Positions 14,584-26,779 of a DNA stretch of 64,000 nucleotides are shown here, piece by piece. The stretch comes from Felis catus (taxonomy: Eukaryota), in assembly GCF_018350175.1 (NCBI RefSeq), contig NC_058368.1:56422001-56486000 (forward strand), read 5' to 3'. Both the position numbers and the translations under genes were made by a program. The first letter of the stretch is position 1. The number at the start of each line of letters is the position of its first letter. The notes under the pieces were generated by a model. The model had not been told where the DNA came from, ran no database searches, and saw only the letters and a list, made by a program, of their open reading frames with translations.

Positions 14584-16225
14584 TATTTTTTTAATGAAAC
14601 ACGGCCAATTTTATTCAAATTTCCCCAAATTTATGCTCAATATGTTGTTTCTACAATGTATGCCACCCTTTATATAATGGTTTTATTATTTTGTCTTTAT
14701 TTTATAGGTTTTTTTCATCTTATCTTTATACAGTTCTTCAGTAGAAGTCAGAGTCCTCAGTTGCCCAGTTAGAAGCCTCTGACCTACTTTTCTTTTTTTC
14801 TTTTTTTTTTTTTAACGTTTATTTATTTTTGGGACAGAGAGAGACAGAGCATGAACAGGGGAGGGGCAGAGAGAGAGGGAGACACAGAATCGGAAACAGG
14901 CTCCCGGCTCCGAGCCATCAGCCCAGAGCCCGACGCGGGGCTCGAACTCACGGACCGCGAGATCGTGACCTGGCTGAAGTCGGATGCTTAACCGACTGCG
15001 CCACCCAGGCGCCCCGGTTTTTGGTCTTTTTAATCACTTGCTGATAGCGTGAAGCTGCATGCTTACCTATAACCACGTGACCTAATTTAGACTCAGTCTT
15101 GGCAGCCAGTCTTGCATTTCTCATCACATTGACAATCCACCTTTCATGTTCAGTTTGTCTGCCAACATGTGAGTGCAGATACACAGGTGAATGCAACAAA
15201 AAGTCTCAAATATGAAGAGTCAATGATTTTCAGCGAAATCCTTAAGCTACCTAGAAGTCATTCACAAGTACTGATTCACATTCCCTCAGTATGTGGAATT
15301 TTCTGAGCTCCATCAAAGTCCAAGTTAACATAAAAGCATTCAAGAAATTCTGTAACTGGGTCTTTATATGTGTAAGACTGTGTTCAATAACTTTAACCAG
15401 ATCTTTTAGCAGCTGCTGGCATTTTTGAACATCTTTGTTCGTTATGATGGCTGTAGCCTAATAGCGAGGAATATGTGGGCATATCATCTAAATTGCATTA
15501 AGATATGATGGCTGGCAAAAGAAGAGATCAATAATGTTATCATGCCCCTTGATTAGTTGAAGAAAACAGAGGACAGTGGATGAACCTTGTTTGCTGCTGA
15601 AGATACCGAAGTGGAAAACTCAGAATTATTACCTATGGTCTCTTTTAACCATGTAAGGTCTTCCATTGCTGCATCCCTGCTCTGAATTAAGATTTCAGAG
15701 GCCGGTTTTCCCCTGAGTGAACTCAAAACATTTCTGGCTGTTGCTGGAACCAACATTCTAAAGAAGTAAAGATATTCTGGTGCTCCAGAGTAATTCCCAT
15801 ATTCATATTGGATTTTACATAACTCTAGAGTATATCTAAATATTCCTACCTAAAACCATGCCTGCCCACCAGGTACTTAAACAGCATCTGCCCATCTCTG
15901 GTTGACTGCATCTGCCTTGTAGTTTCTGGATCTTCAAATGTCTTCACAATTGGTTCCATTTCTGCCTGAAGCTATTTCAGTCATGCAACAACTGTGGTTC
16001 TTTTTTCTCTCGAAGCATGCAGAATATCACCAGAATAAAGGTTTTTGTACATATTGGTAGCAAAGTGTATCATGTTGATATCACTAAAAAGATACAAATT
16101 CCCTTGTAATTTTTTTTTCATTATACATCTCTTATGGAGAGAAACTCAACAGAAAAATTAGATGTCAATCCAAAAATGTGTGTGATGTGAATAGTCAAGA
16201 TGTACTCCACCATCTTGCCAAGGAA
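14584..16225 (-). pseudogene. EIF3E: EIF3E (eIF3 subunit e / INT6) processed pseudogene
   Basis: Intronless minus-strand match across the whole protein: ATG at 16213 (MVEY..), [96 protein letters not shown] (stop 14738-14740). Has 3'UTR, AATAAA (~14609-14614) and an A tail. Disabled by many stops and frameshifts and a SINE insertion. Confidence 0.95.
14788..15015 (-). mobile_element. Young feline-type Can-SINE inserted in the EIF3E pseudogene
   Basis: GGGGCGCCTGGGTGGCGCAGTCGGTTAAGC head, CpGs largely intact, near-identical to the copy at 17790-18021. Confidence 0.97.
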
Positions 16226-16305
16226 AACTGTTTCAACTATGTTATTGACGTAGACACAGGAAAGAATCACAAATTCAACAAATGTAAAATAACTTTTATT
16301 TACTT

Positions 16306-16851
16306 TACGGTGGAGGAGAGACTTTAAGGTGACCTCCATGATTTTTGTATCCTGGTATTCACACTCCTGTATAATCCTTCCCCTTCAGAGCAGGAAGACA
16401 TGTGACTTGCTCTAAACAATGAAATATTGCAAAGGTGGTAAGGTGCTTACAATTATATTTACATGATTTCAAAATATTGCTGTGATTGTGGTTCTCATCC
16501 GATTAGCATCTCTCTGTCCGGCTCTTGCTCTCTCACTTGCTTCCCATCTCCTTCTCCCTGTCTCTTCCCATTACTTGTCTTGCAGTAGCAAGCTGCCATA
16601 TGTGTTATAGCAATGAGAAAATAAATTCTTCAAACAACTTGAGAAAGGTTAGAGGGGGATTTTTCATCAGTGAAGCCTCTAAATAAGAAGGCAATCTGTC
16701 TGATGCCTCAATGGCAGCCTTGTGAGCCCTGAAGGAGACAACCAGTGGTCTTGCCTGGACTCCTGAATTACAGAAACTGTGAAATAATAAATGTGTGTTT
16801 TAAACTACTACAATTATGTGTAATTTATTACACAACCATAGAAAATTCATA
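16306..16851 (+). mobile_element. MaLR LTR (MLT1E/G-like)
   Basis: 'ctttaaggtgacctccatga...tgtgacttgctctaaacaatg...cagaaactgtgaaataataaatgtgtgttttaaac'. Confidence 0.75.
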
Positions 16852-16999
16852 TATCTATAAATGCTACTTTTCTATTGTTGTTTTTCTATTTCACTTACTA
16901 CCATCATCATACATTCATTTATCTAGGCTTAAAATATGTCACCATATTTTTTTTCTTTTCCACCATTACCAACAATACCCAGTCATTCAATAAACCCTG

Positions 17000-17620
17000 T
17001 CTGTTGCATCTTAGATTACTCTGTGACCATCTAATCAAGTAATGGAATATTTCCATAACCCAGAAAATTTCCTTATGCATACTTCTATTCACTTATTCTC
17101 ACCCCAGATTCTGGAAAAACAACGATATGGTTTCAACCATCATAGATTAGCTTTATTGCTAGAACCGAAAAAAAAATGGAATTCTCTATTAAGTACTCTT
17201 TTGCATTTGCCTTTTTTCACTCAGTATGTTTTTGAGATTCACCCATATTTGTATATGCAGGTCATTGTCTTTACTCATTCACTCATTGAAAGATTTTGTG
17301 TCATTTTAGATTAGTCATTTAGACTAATCTAATTCAATCTTCCTTGAACATTAATGTATTTGTCTTTTTGTCAGCATATGTTTTCATTACTCTTGGCACT
17401 ATATCTAGGAGTAAAATGGATGAATCATAGTCTGAGTGTATGGTTAATATTATAAAAAATGGTAAAGCATTTTCCAAAAATAATGTAATATTTTATACAA
17501 CAGAAATAAAAGTTTCGGTTACAACCAATAATCATCATAAGTTGATATTATTTAATTTTAGCTATTCTGGTTGTGTAGCCTGTTTTATTACACACAGATT
17601 TTATTTATCTAGTCATATAT
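17000..17620 (-). mobile_element. Old L1 3' region fragment
   Basis: 'gaatatttccataacccagaaa', 'ttttttcactcagtatgtttttgagattcaccca', 'atatctaggagtaaaatggatgaatcatag'. Confidence 0.7.
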
Positions 17621-17789
17621 AAATGTTCAGTAAATCTACGTTGCATATCTCTCCTTACTAGTAGTCAAATACATCTGTTCATAGTCTAACCACTCGTCTA
17701 CACATAATCCAATATTCTATCTTATTTATGGCTTTAATTTATTTCCTTTCCATATAATTATTTATGTTTTCATCCTCCTATCAAATTTA

Positions 17790-18021
17790 TTTTTATTTTT
17801 TTTTAAATTTTTTTCAACGTTTTTTATTTTATTTTTGGGACAGAGAGAGACAGAGCATGAACGGGGGAGGGGCAGAGAGAGAGGGAGACACAGAATCGGA
17901 AACAGGCTCCAGGCTCGGAGCCATCAGCCCAGAGCCCGACGCGGGGCTCGAACTCACGGACCGCGAGATCGTGACCTGGCTGAAGTCGGACGCTTAACCG
18001 ACTGCGCCACCCAGGCGCCCC
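17790..18021 (-). mobile_element. Young feline-type Can-SINE
   Basis: Consensus-like and CpG-rich; TSD atcaaattta. Confidence 0.97.
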
Positions 18022-18130
18022 ATCAAATTTAAATTAATTATCAAACAGCAAGTTCATGTCTCCTGAGAATTCTTCCTTTGTTGAACAACTAAAAGTAAAA
18101 ATAAATATTTCGGTCTGTCATAGTCTTAAA

Positions 18131-18318
18131 GCAGTGATTTTAGAAGTATCATTCCAAGATCAGCAACATAAGTATAATTTGGGACAATGTTAGAAATTGA
18201 AATTATCCAGGCCTTATACTACACCTACTAAATCAGAATTTCTGAGAGCGAGACCAATCAGTCTATGTTTTGACAATACCTCCAGATAATTCTGACACCT
18301 GCTAAAGTTTGAGAGCCT
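18131..18318. mobile_element. MER5-like hAT-Charlie DNA transposon remnant
   Basis: 'gatcagcaacat..tgttagaaat..cacctactaaatcagaatttctg..tgttttgacaatacctccagataattctgac..ctaaagtttgagag'. Confidence 0.8.
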
Positions 18319-18383
18319 TATTCCATTTTTATAAAATTACTACTTGATATTTTGTATGGCAGTTTATGAATCTGTTTTATTCA

Positions 18384-18500
18384 ATAGACTATGAGCTCAT
18401 TGAAGCTAGGGACTACATGTTATTCATTTTTGTACCTCTGGTAACACCAAGGATCCAGATTTGTACAGCATAGAAAAATCAATGCTTGCTGAATTAAATA
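18384..18500 (+). mobile_element. L2 3' end remnant
   Basis: 'tagactatgagctcattgaagctagggac..ttattcatttttgtacctc..tgcttgctgaat'. Confidence 0.6.
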
Positions 18501-19470
18501 ATATTGAAAGGTGAAACAAATTAGTTTTTTCTTTATCAGTTGAGTACTGAATAATGATGTTTATTTTAAAATACATGCCCTTTGCTTCAATTTTACTTTT
18601 AGTACCTCAAAATAGACAAAATCAAAAATATCAAAAGACATGTGTTGACTTGCAGTATTTAACTGAGCCGTTTTATTTCATTTTATTTTTAACTGAGCCA
18701 TTTTAAAAACAGAGAAACTAGAAATATTCTTTCTCTCCTTCACTTATTAAGTCTGACTCTCCTGAAAGGGGAAACATCTCTAGATGTTATTAAGAAATAA
18801 TTTCCTTTCTTTCTGAAAAAGAATTTTATATGCTTTTCTTTTGGAGGCAATACTTACTGCTTTCCTCCTTGGAATTAATTCTTATGGTTAATGACTGTTT
18901 TACAGTAGTTACAGTCATCCTCTCCATTGTTGTTGATTAGTTGGTTGGTTTGCATAAGGAATCTCAATTTAACTGATTATTTTACATAGGAGGAATTATT
19001 GTTATACCTGAACTGAACTGAATGCTCAGGTGTACACTCTTTAATAATTCTTTTTCCAATTGCTGTTTGAAGACCCTCTTTAAAGGAACATGATCTTACC
19101 AGAGTTCTAAATTATTATAGTCATAATTCTATGGACACCTTCCACTACCGGAAAATGTCATGCATAGAATAACTGAAAGGTCTTCTTTTTCAAGTTTATC
19201 TGTAGACAAGTCGTAGTCAAAACAGCTTTTAAATTACTTGTGTTTTTTTTTTTCATCAACCCTGTTTTAGTTCAGATCTTCTAGTGCAACATTAGTAAGG
19301 ATGCAGTTCTTTTTGGATTTAAGTTTGTATTCAAACTCATATAATGTAAATTTATTGACTCTTTGGATTCTTCCAGATAAGGATTTTTTTACCTAAACAA
19401 AAATTATATGAGTGTTTAGTAACAAACCATTTCTGAATACTGGTGTCATGTGAAAATCTAACTTACTCCT

Positions 19471-19690
19471 TTAAAAAAATTTTTTTTAATGTCTATTCAT
19501 TTTTGAGAGACAGAGAGAGGCAGAATGCAAGCAGAGAAGGGGAAGAAAGAGAGAGGGAGACTGAGAATTTGAAGCAGGCTCCAGGCTCTGATCTGTCAGC
19601 ATAGAGCCCTATGTGAGGCTTGAACCCACGAACCATGAGATCCTGACCTGAGCAGAAGTTGACGCTTAACCTGAGCCACCCAGGCGCCCC
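19471..19690 (-). mobile_element. Can-SINE
   Basis: Reverse SINE; TSD aatctaacttactcct. Confidence 0.97.
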
Positions 19691-19960
19691 ATAATCTAAC
19701 TTACTCCTAAGGAATTGTTTCTCTTCAGTGGTATCATATGTGACTCATTTTTTTTCAAGTTCTTACTTTGGGCAGAGAAAAAAGAGAAATCTGAGTCTAA
19801 ATGTATCTCACTGGAGGTGGAAATAAACCATGCATAGGTAATGACGTTATAATTGAGTGGCACTAAAATTTGACGTGCATCAGAGGCACAGGTCTACAGA
19901 TCATCAGAGACTCACTGACTTGATACCTACCCAGATAATTCTGCTACAAACAAAATTTTA

Positions 19961-20060
19961 TTTATTTATTTTTATTTTTTTAAGTTTATTTATTCTGAGA
20001 GAGACAGAGAGAGCATGATTGGGGAGAGTGAGAAGGGAGAGAAAGAGGGAGAGGGAGGGA

Positions 20061-20112
<52 letters not shown>

Positions 20113-20230
20113 CCCAATCAAGCTCCATGCAGAGTCCAAAGCAGGGCTTGAACTCATGAAACCGTGATATCATGACCTGAGCTGAAATCAAGAATTTAAT
20201 GCTTAACTGACTGAACAACCCGGGGGCCCC
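19961..20230 (-). mobile_element. Can-SINE with expanded (GA)n
   Basis: Reverse SINE; TSD caaac(a/c)aaatttta. Confidence 0.95.
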
Positions 20231-20409
20231 CAAACCAAATTTTAATAATGAAATCAATATGTTCTTTATTTAACAAAAAATACTTTGACCCACTTCAGTC
20301 AATCAATCAGCAAAGTGTTTGCATTGCACTTGGCACTGTTGCAATCAGAGTATTTATAATATACCAGACTTACTGTGATGGGCTTTTTAAGGTTTGACAT
20401 TGTCTACAT

Positions 20410-20493
20410 TTCCTCTTTCTTTCTTCTTTCTTCCTTCCTTCCTTCCTTCCTTCCTTCCTTCCTTCCTTCCTTCCTTCCTTCCTTCCTTCCTTC

Positions 20494-20546
<53 letters not shown>
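20410..20546. repeat. Compound (TTCC)n/(TTTC)n microsatellite
   Basis: Direct read. Confidence 0.97.
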
Positions 20547-20547
<1 letters not shown>

Positions 20548-21216
20548 CTATCACCTATCAAGAGATATACACTCTGACTTAATCCTAATGTTAATAACCC
20601 ACAGATTAAATAAATCTGAAATAAGTTTCTTTGTAACTAGTACCCATCAAATATGATAAACAGTGTTTTAATAATAGTTCACAAGTTAGTCATTCAATAG
20701 CTTGTAAATCAATCAGAATATTTGGATATTTTATTATTCTATTTTTAAAGTACTACTCCATAACCACCTGTTATGGGTGCTCTGGGTGGTTCTAGGGAAA
20801 CATTATTTGTTGTCCTAGACTTCAAGTCAATACCTTGACTTGGAGGTCCCAACTAACAGAAACTAAGTGACAAAAGTGAATTATTTTCAATTGCTAAACA
20901 ATTGAGTCAGAACTGAAAATGTTATGAGAATAGATATGTTAGATTTAGTTTCTGGTCCTCAATAAAACTTTAAATGTTTTAAATATTTTAATAAAATATG
21001 CATCTTATTTTGGAAAATTTTCTCTATAATAAATTTAATGTTAAACATGCAAGCTTCTGTGTTTTAGAAAGAACTTGGAAGTTCTGATTTTTTAAGAAGA
21101 CTATTTTTTAAGTTTCTGTTTGTTTCAAGCCACCTCTTTGGCAATAAAGCATGTAATGAGGTGGGTGGGCTTTTTGGATGCCCCCAGTTAATACTGTTTA
21201 GTGTTGTGTTTAGAAT

Positions 21217-21225
21217 ACACACACA

Positions 21226-21260
<35 letters not shown>
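21217..21260. repeat. (CA)n microsatellite
   Basis: Direct read. Confidence 0.95.
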
Positions 21261-21264
<4 letters not shown>

Positions 21265-22217
21265 GGCAATAATTGTTGACACTTACATAGTTTCCTATTT
21301 ATATTGACTTGATCAAAGCTAGTAAGAGTGGCAATAGCTCTAAACTTGTGAGCTTCTCATAATTTAGTTATCAAATAAGTAAATTCATACATACATAAAT
21401 AAAAAAATTACTTTCATTCATTTACACCCTTGGCTTTACCCAGGTTAATATGCAATGGTCCCTCAAGGCTTGTGCTTTGGACATCTCCAATATCAGACCA
21501 TTCAAATGTGGTGACCCATGATCTTTTTTATTGTATTTTAGTGAAAAAAGGTGCTGTTTAGCATTGCTTCCTCTTTTTACTATCCACAAAACCTTGGTTG
21601 GTTCGATTGTTTTTATTTTTTGTTGTTGAAGTTTATTTTTAACAGGGCCCCCTAGAAAATGTAATTATTTCAAAAAACTATCTAGTCCAGTTTTTATATT
21701 ATGCTTTTTTTTTCTGTCTAATATGCAATTATCAAAGATTCAAGGAAGTGTCAGTATCCTAGGAAAGATAGATGTCTGAATCTATGCTACAAAGTCGTTA
21801 AAATTTAAAAAAGAGACTACTTAAATCTAGCTAAAAACCTAGATAAATCAATATTTTCTACGAAAGAAAGTATTTTTAAGTAACTGACGTGTGCAAGTTT
21901 GTGCGTATGTCAGTATGTGTTAAGGTGGCCAATGTTGGGCTTGTTAAACAGTTACTGATGTTGTGATTTGAAGAAATCATTTTAATCCCATTCTAAAATA
22001 TATTATCCTCTGCATCTAAAAGAATTTGCCTGTATTGTTTACATAATGTAGGTATGTTATTTGTGAATGTGAATATTTTTATAATATTTTGTTCAGTATA
22101 TTATAAATATCCAGAGTTTTGAAACATATAAAATGTATAACATTTTAAGAAACTATTATGAAATATTTTAGAGTTTTCATGTTATTCTTCCATGTATAAG
22201 TTGTGCTCATTTTTGAA

Positions 22218-22690
22218 CCCATATTTATTGAGCAGCAAATTTGTGTCAAGCACAATGCTACTTGTCTCGTGGACTTTAAATTTGGGTACTGGGGTTTTCT
22301 AAAAGAGATGCAGATAGTGACTTTATGAAAGTACTTTCATTTATGATAATCATAACTATTTAAAAGAAAATAAAACTGTAGGGAGTGATAATAGTGGATG
22401 GAATGTGTGTTTATTCTAACTTTGATACTGAGACATTGACAACAGGAAGTAGTTGAGGAGAGAATTTGGGATTATGCAAATTTAGTCAGGGGGCAGCTTG
22501 CTGTGTTCAAGAAATTGAATATGGACCATATTAGTAAGGAATACAGAGATAGGTAGTGGTACAAAATGAGGCTTAACAGAGCCGTTTTAAGCAATGGAAA
22601 ACTAATTTTTTACATTTTCTTCTAAGTGCAGTGAAACAACTTTGAGGGCTCAAGGAATGGGATTATTTTATTTGTATTTTAAAATAACTT
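22218..22690 (-). mobile_element. L2 remnant
   Basis: 'catatttattgagcagcaaatttgtgtcaagcacaatgcta' (L2 3' end, reversed) plus downstream L2-like sequence. Confidence 0.55.
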
Positions 22691-22894
22691 GTGGGTCCAT
22701 ATTAATAAATTCAGCCTGATAAAACTTTATGTTCCTCCTGACATTATATCATTCTTAATGTCCATTCTTATATATGTTCCACAGCTACATGTTATTATAA
22801 TTTAGAAAAGCCATGCAGTTATTTTGAATTATGTGCACCTCTTCAAAAGTCAATCTTGGTAGTTTACTTTCTAGGATCTTCTTAGACTTGAGTC

Positions 22895-23390
22895 TATTAA
22901 TATTTAGGTCTAGAAGCAAAGAAGAGTGGTGAGGGTAGGTCCTGAAGGAAATCTGCAGGCACCTACCTTAGGGGAGGCCATTACGAGTTCTTCAGGTAGA
23001 AGAGGGTTAACGGATTCATACTGGGCTGGAGGAGCAGCTTCTACCAGCAAAGGAGACTCAGCAGAATTTAGAAGTTCAGAGTCCCCAGGTTCATCAGGAT
23101 CTGCCAATGTCCTTATTCCAGCTTTCAGAATCTCATTCTTTCCTAATCAATGCCCTTGATCTAACAGATGATACCCTGCATGGTTGGGGTTTCAAATTAG
23201 GTTGTAATTCAGTCACTTGTATGATGAGACTTTGGATTTGGTTTTCAGAAACCTCAGCTCTGGGGCTCCAGGGGATAAAGGCTTCCTTCAGATATAAAAA
23301 ATTTTAGGTCATATTTGCTGAGCTTGAACTGAGAATTTAAAACCCTGAGTTCATTTTTTTCTTTTCTAATGTATTCCAGCCCAATTATCA
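22895..23390 (-). mobile_element. ERVL internal fragment (gag region)
   Basis: Minus-strand translation resembles HERVL/ERVL gag: LKEAFI..RAEVSENQIQSLIIQVTELQ..VRSRALI..DPDEPGDSELLNS..VNPLLPEELVMASP; frameshifted. Confidence 0.85.
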
Positions 23391-23509
23391 GCCAACCTCA
23401 TTATACTAGTTTGATAAAATTGTTCTAAAGTATCAAATACATGGTCAACCAGAACCTTACTTTTGTAAGTATTCACTTAAGACTATACAATTATGACACA
23501 AAAGAAAAT

Positions 23510-23554
23510 ACACACACACACACACACACACACACACCACACACACACACACAC
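23510..23554. repeat. (CA)n microsatellite
   Basis: Direct read. Confidence 0.95.
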
Positions 23555-23574
23555 AAGTTCACACACCTTCTTTT

Positions 23575-25035
23575 AAATGCATGGTGCTGAATCAATTGAA
23601 TATCAATATTGGGAACAAAAAAGAAAAGAAAGAAGAAAAACTGAAATGGAAGGTTGATCACTACCGTAAATCATATGCATAGTAACGCTATCAACCTGGA
23701 TGTGAAAGCAAAAACAATAGAGCTACTAGATGATAGCATAGCTGAATATCTCTGTGACTTTGAGGGATGTAAAGATTTCTTAAATATGACACAAAAGTCA
23801 CTACCCATAAGAGGAAAGATAGTTAAATCAGATTATAATAAATTTAAGAATTTCTGTTCATTTAAAGATGTTAAAATAGGGGCGCCTGGGTGGCTCAGTC
23901 GGTTGAGCGTCCGACTTCGGTTCAGGTCATGATCTCGTGGTTCGTGAGTTCGAGTCCCGCGTTGGACTCTGTGCTGACAGCTCAGAGCCTGGATCCTGTT
24001 TCGGATTCTGTGTCTCCCTCTCTCTCTGCCCCTCCCCCGTTCATGCTCTGTCTCCCTCTGTCTCAAAAATAAATAAATGTTAAAAAAAATTTTTTTAAAA
24101 AGATAAAGATGTTAAAATAGTGGAAAGAGGAACCACAGAATGGGAGAATCTATTTTTTAGTAAACTAGAATCCAGGATATATAGAGGAGTATAAAACAAT
24201 AAGAAAAAGAGGGACAAAATAAATATCTAAATGACTAACAAATCTGTGAAATGGTTTCTACCTCATTAGTCACAGGGGCATTGCAAATTAAAACCACAAT
24301 GTGAGAGTTCTGCACACTAACCAGAATGGCTAAAATTGAGGGAAACATTTAAAAGCTAAAACAAAAGAAAACTGACAGTACCAAGTGTTGTCAAGAATGT
24401 GAAGCAAATGGAATTTTCATCTACTTCTCCCAAGAATGTAATTAGTATAATCTTCATAGTCTTTTACATATTATACTAAACATATACGTACTTATTTTAT
24501 GAGTGAGCAATTTCACTCTGATAATACATCTGACAAAAAAATCAATCACTGTGTTCTAAAAGACATGCACAAGAATGTTCTTGAGCTATCTTTCAGAATA
24601 CTCCCCCCCAAATAACTCACATGTCCATTTGTAGAATGCATAAATAAATGGGGATATATTTGTGTAAAGAAATTTTGGAATGAAATGAAAATCTGTTGTA
24701 CCTATGCATAACAACATGGATATGCCCTACAATCATATCGTTAACCCAAGAAGCCCCTTGTAAAAAAAGAATAATTGTATAATTCCTTTTGTATATGATT
24801 CAAACAGGCATTAGAAGTCATGATAGTGATTACTTTGGGAGAAGAGGGAGATAGTAGTAATCAGGAACGTCATGAAAGGAGGTGTTTGAGATACTGTCAT
24901 AGTCTTAGCCTAAGTAATATTTACATAGGTGGGTCTATTTTTTTCATTAAAATATATATATATATATATATACATATATATATACACCTCATTTTTTTCT
25001 GAATGTATGTTGTACTTCAGTATAAAAAATTAAAT
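23575..25035 (+). mobile_element. Old L1, ORF2 3' end and 3'UTR, interrupted by a SINE
   Basis: LDVKAKTIELL...KDFLNMTQKS...KFKNFCS; 'tgcaaattaaaaccacaat', 'accaagtgttgtcaagaatgtgaagcaa'. Confidence 0.85.
23879..24103 (+). mobile_element. Can-SINE
   Basis: Consensus-like; TSD taaagatgttaaaatag. Confidence 0.97.
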
Positions 25036-25077
25036 GAAAATACTCATGTTAACTATGGAAAAGAAATAGGTCTTTAA

Positions 25078-25321
25078 CTTTTTATTTTTTTGTTTTAAAT
25101 GTTTTTAATGTTTATTTAATTTTGAGAGAGAGAGAGAGCGGGGGAGGGGCAGAGAGAGAGGCAGACGCAGAATCCGAAGCAGCTGCAGGCTCTGAGCTGT
25201 CTGCACAGGGCCTGACTGGGCTCAAACCCATTAACCGAGAGATCATTACCTGAGCCGAACTCATGACCTGAGCCCTGAGCCGAAGTCGGTCCCTTAACCG
25301 ACTGAGCCACCCAGGTGCCCC
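25078..25321 (-). mobile_element. Can-SINE with internal duplication
   Basis: Reverse SINE; reiterated 'acctgagccg' segment; TSD ctttaac. Confidence 0.95.
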
Positions 25322-25657
25322 AACCTTTAACACTTTAAAAGATAATTCAATGAAGACAGTCAAGATTTAAATGTGCATGTATTTATCCAAAAGCAAAAAA
25401 AAAAAAAAAAAAAAATCTTGAAAATGCTTCATTAAAATAGTATTTTAAAAAAAGAATATGCAGTGATGATATTTTGCCTATCTCTACTGCTACATCACAC
25501 CATGGACTTTCAGTGCCTTCTTTACCACTGAAACTCAGGTGATAAACATCTTTAAATCTAATCAGAGTTGAGAACCAATTCCAAAAACCTTGGACTCAAT
25601 TCAGAAAACTCATCCTTAAGACTGTGTTCTCCAGAACTACCTTAAGTTTCAAAATAC

Positions 25658-25810
25658 CTGTCATGCAGTGTTCTCCAAGGAGAGAATCAGAACTGGTAGG
25701 ATGTGTGTACATACATCTAATATAGATGGACTTAATTATATATATCTTTCATGTTGTATGCATTTAATGTATATTTTAATATATATTATGTATATTTTTA
25801 AGAAATATCT
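25658..25810. mobile_element. Possible MLT2 (ERVL) LTR end with AT/TA-rich expansion
   Basis: 'cagtgttctccaaggagagaatcagaactggtaggatgtgtgtacata' resembles the MLT2 terminal motif followed by its usual TA-rich tract. Confidence 0.5.
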
Positions 25811-26250
25811 TAACGGATGACCGGCACAAGCGGGTGGACAAGCCAGAAGGTAGGGACCGCGCAGCTGAAACTGCGCTCAGTCAGCTGGAACCACCACGAA
25901 ACCTACGCAAGCCACGCAAGCTACGCCACCTATGGAGGTCGTTGGTAGGTGGGCCCTGCGCTGGCGCATGTGCGTCGTGAACAGCCTGAACCACGCCGGC
26001 AGCCGCAGTGGGGATGTCAAGGACGCCTGGCCTGCTAGTCACCACGGTCGTTCCCAGAGCCACTCTGGACCCGCTCGCCTGTGCCTGTGCCAGATTCTGA
26101 GAGTGAGGAGAGCCAGGAGCCCAGGTGCGTTGACCTGACCCAGGCGGCAGGCTGGACGGGTGTAACATTCAGAAGGGGAGGGTGGGAAGTGACCCAGCAT
26201 TGGGAGTCACCGTGCTTTGTAGCCAGTTCACCCCGTTCTGTAACCGCTTT
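25811..26250. promoter_or_regulatory. Isolated CpG island (candidate promoter)
   Basis: 29 CpGs counted by hand in ~440 bp of GC-rich sequence within AT-rich flanks; GCGCATGTGCG NRF1-like motif. Confidence 0.55.
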
Positions 26251-26518
26251 CTAAGCATTTTTTTTTTTTTAATTCATAATTGGAGACACAAGTGTAAACA
26301 AGAATAAAAAATATTTGGGGGGGGAGGAAAGAATATATATACATACAGACACAAATATATGTGTTTGTATGTTTATATATGAATGCCTGCTTATAATTTC
26401 CTTTTTGATAAAATATATAATATTCAGCCTTTTTGTTATAGACAGTGTGCACCAGGCACAGAGAAAAAGGCAAGGACTCTGTCGTTTAAATGTCTGTTTA
26501 AGAGTTGAAAAAAAAAAC

Positions 26519-26586
26519 CATTAATATTACACTGTATGTTAACTAGCTGGAATTTAAATAAAAACTTTAAAACAAACAAAAAAAAA
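26519..26586 (+). mobile_element. Extremely 5'-truncated carnivore L1 (3' tip only)
   Basis: 'taatattacactgtatgttaactagctggaatttaaataaaaac' plus A tail; flanking TSD gagttgaaaaa. Confidence 0.8.
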
Positions 26587-26779
26587 TGAGTTGAAAAACA
26601 GTCACCAAGCAGATGATTACATAAAGTGTATCAGTTTATGTGATAGAGGGACAGTGTGCTGTAAAAGCTCAGAGGAGAGTCGTATAAATCAGACCAAAAA
26701 TGTCAGGATAGTGAGACATAATAAACTGATCTATGCTTTTCCTAGACTACTACAACCTACTTTTACCTGAGGGCATCCT

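Noticed and set aside
14948..15756. EIF3E-like ORFs (67 aa and 83 aa; one reads into a SINE) as coding exons
   Set aside because: They are fragments of an intronless, multiply disabled retrocopy and have no splice signals
20370..20656. Low-complexity ORFs (KEGR/FLPS repeats; also at 47.5, 57.4 and 61.1 kb)
   Set aside because: They are translations of microsatellites
25881..26168. ORFs of 68 aa (+) and 95 aa (-) in the CpG island
   Set aside because: No recognisable homology; ORFs of this size are expected by chance in GC-rich DNA
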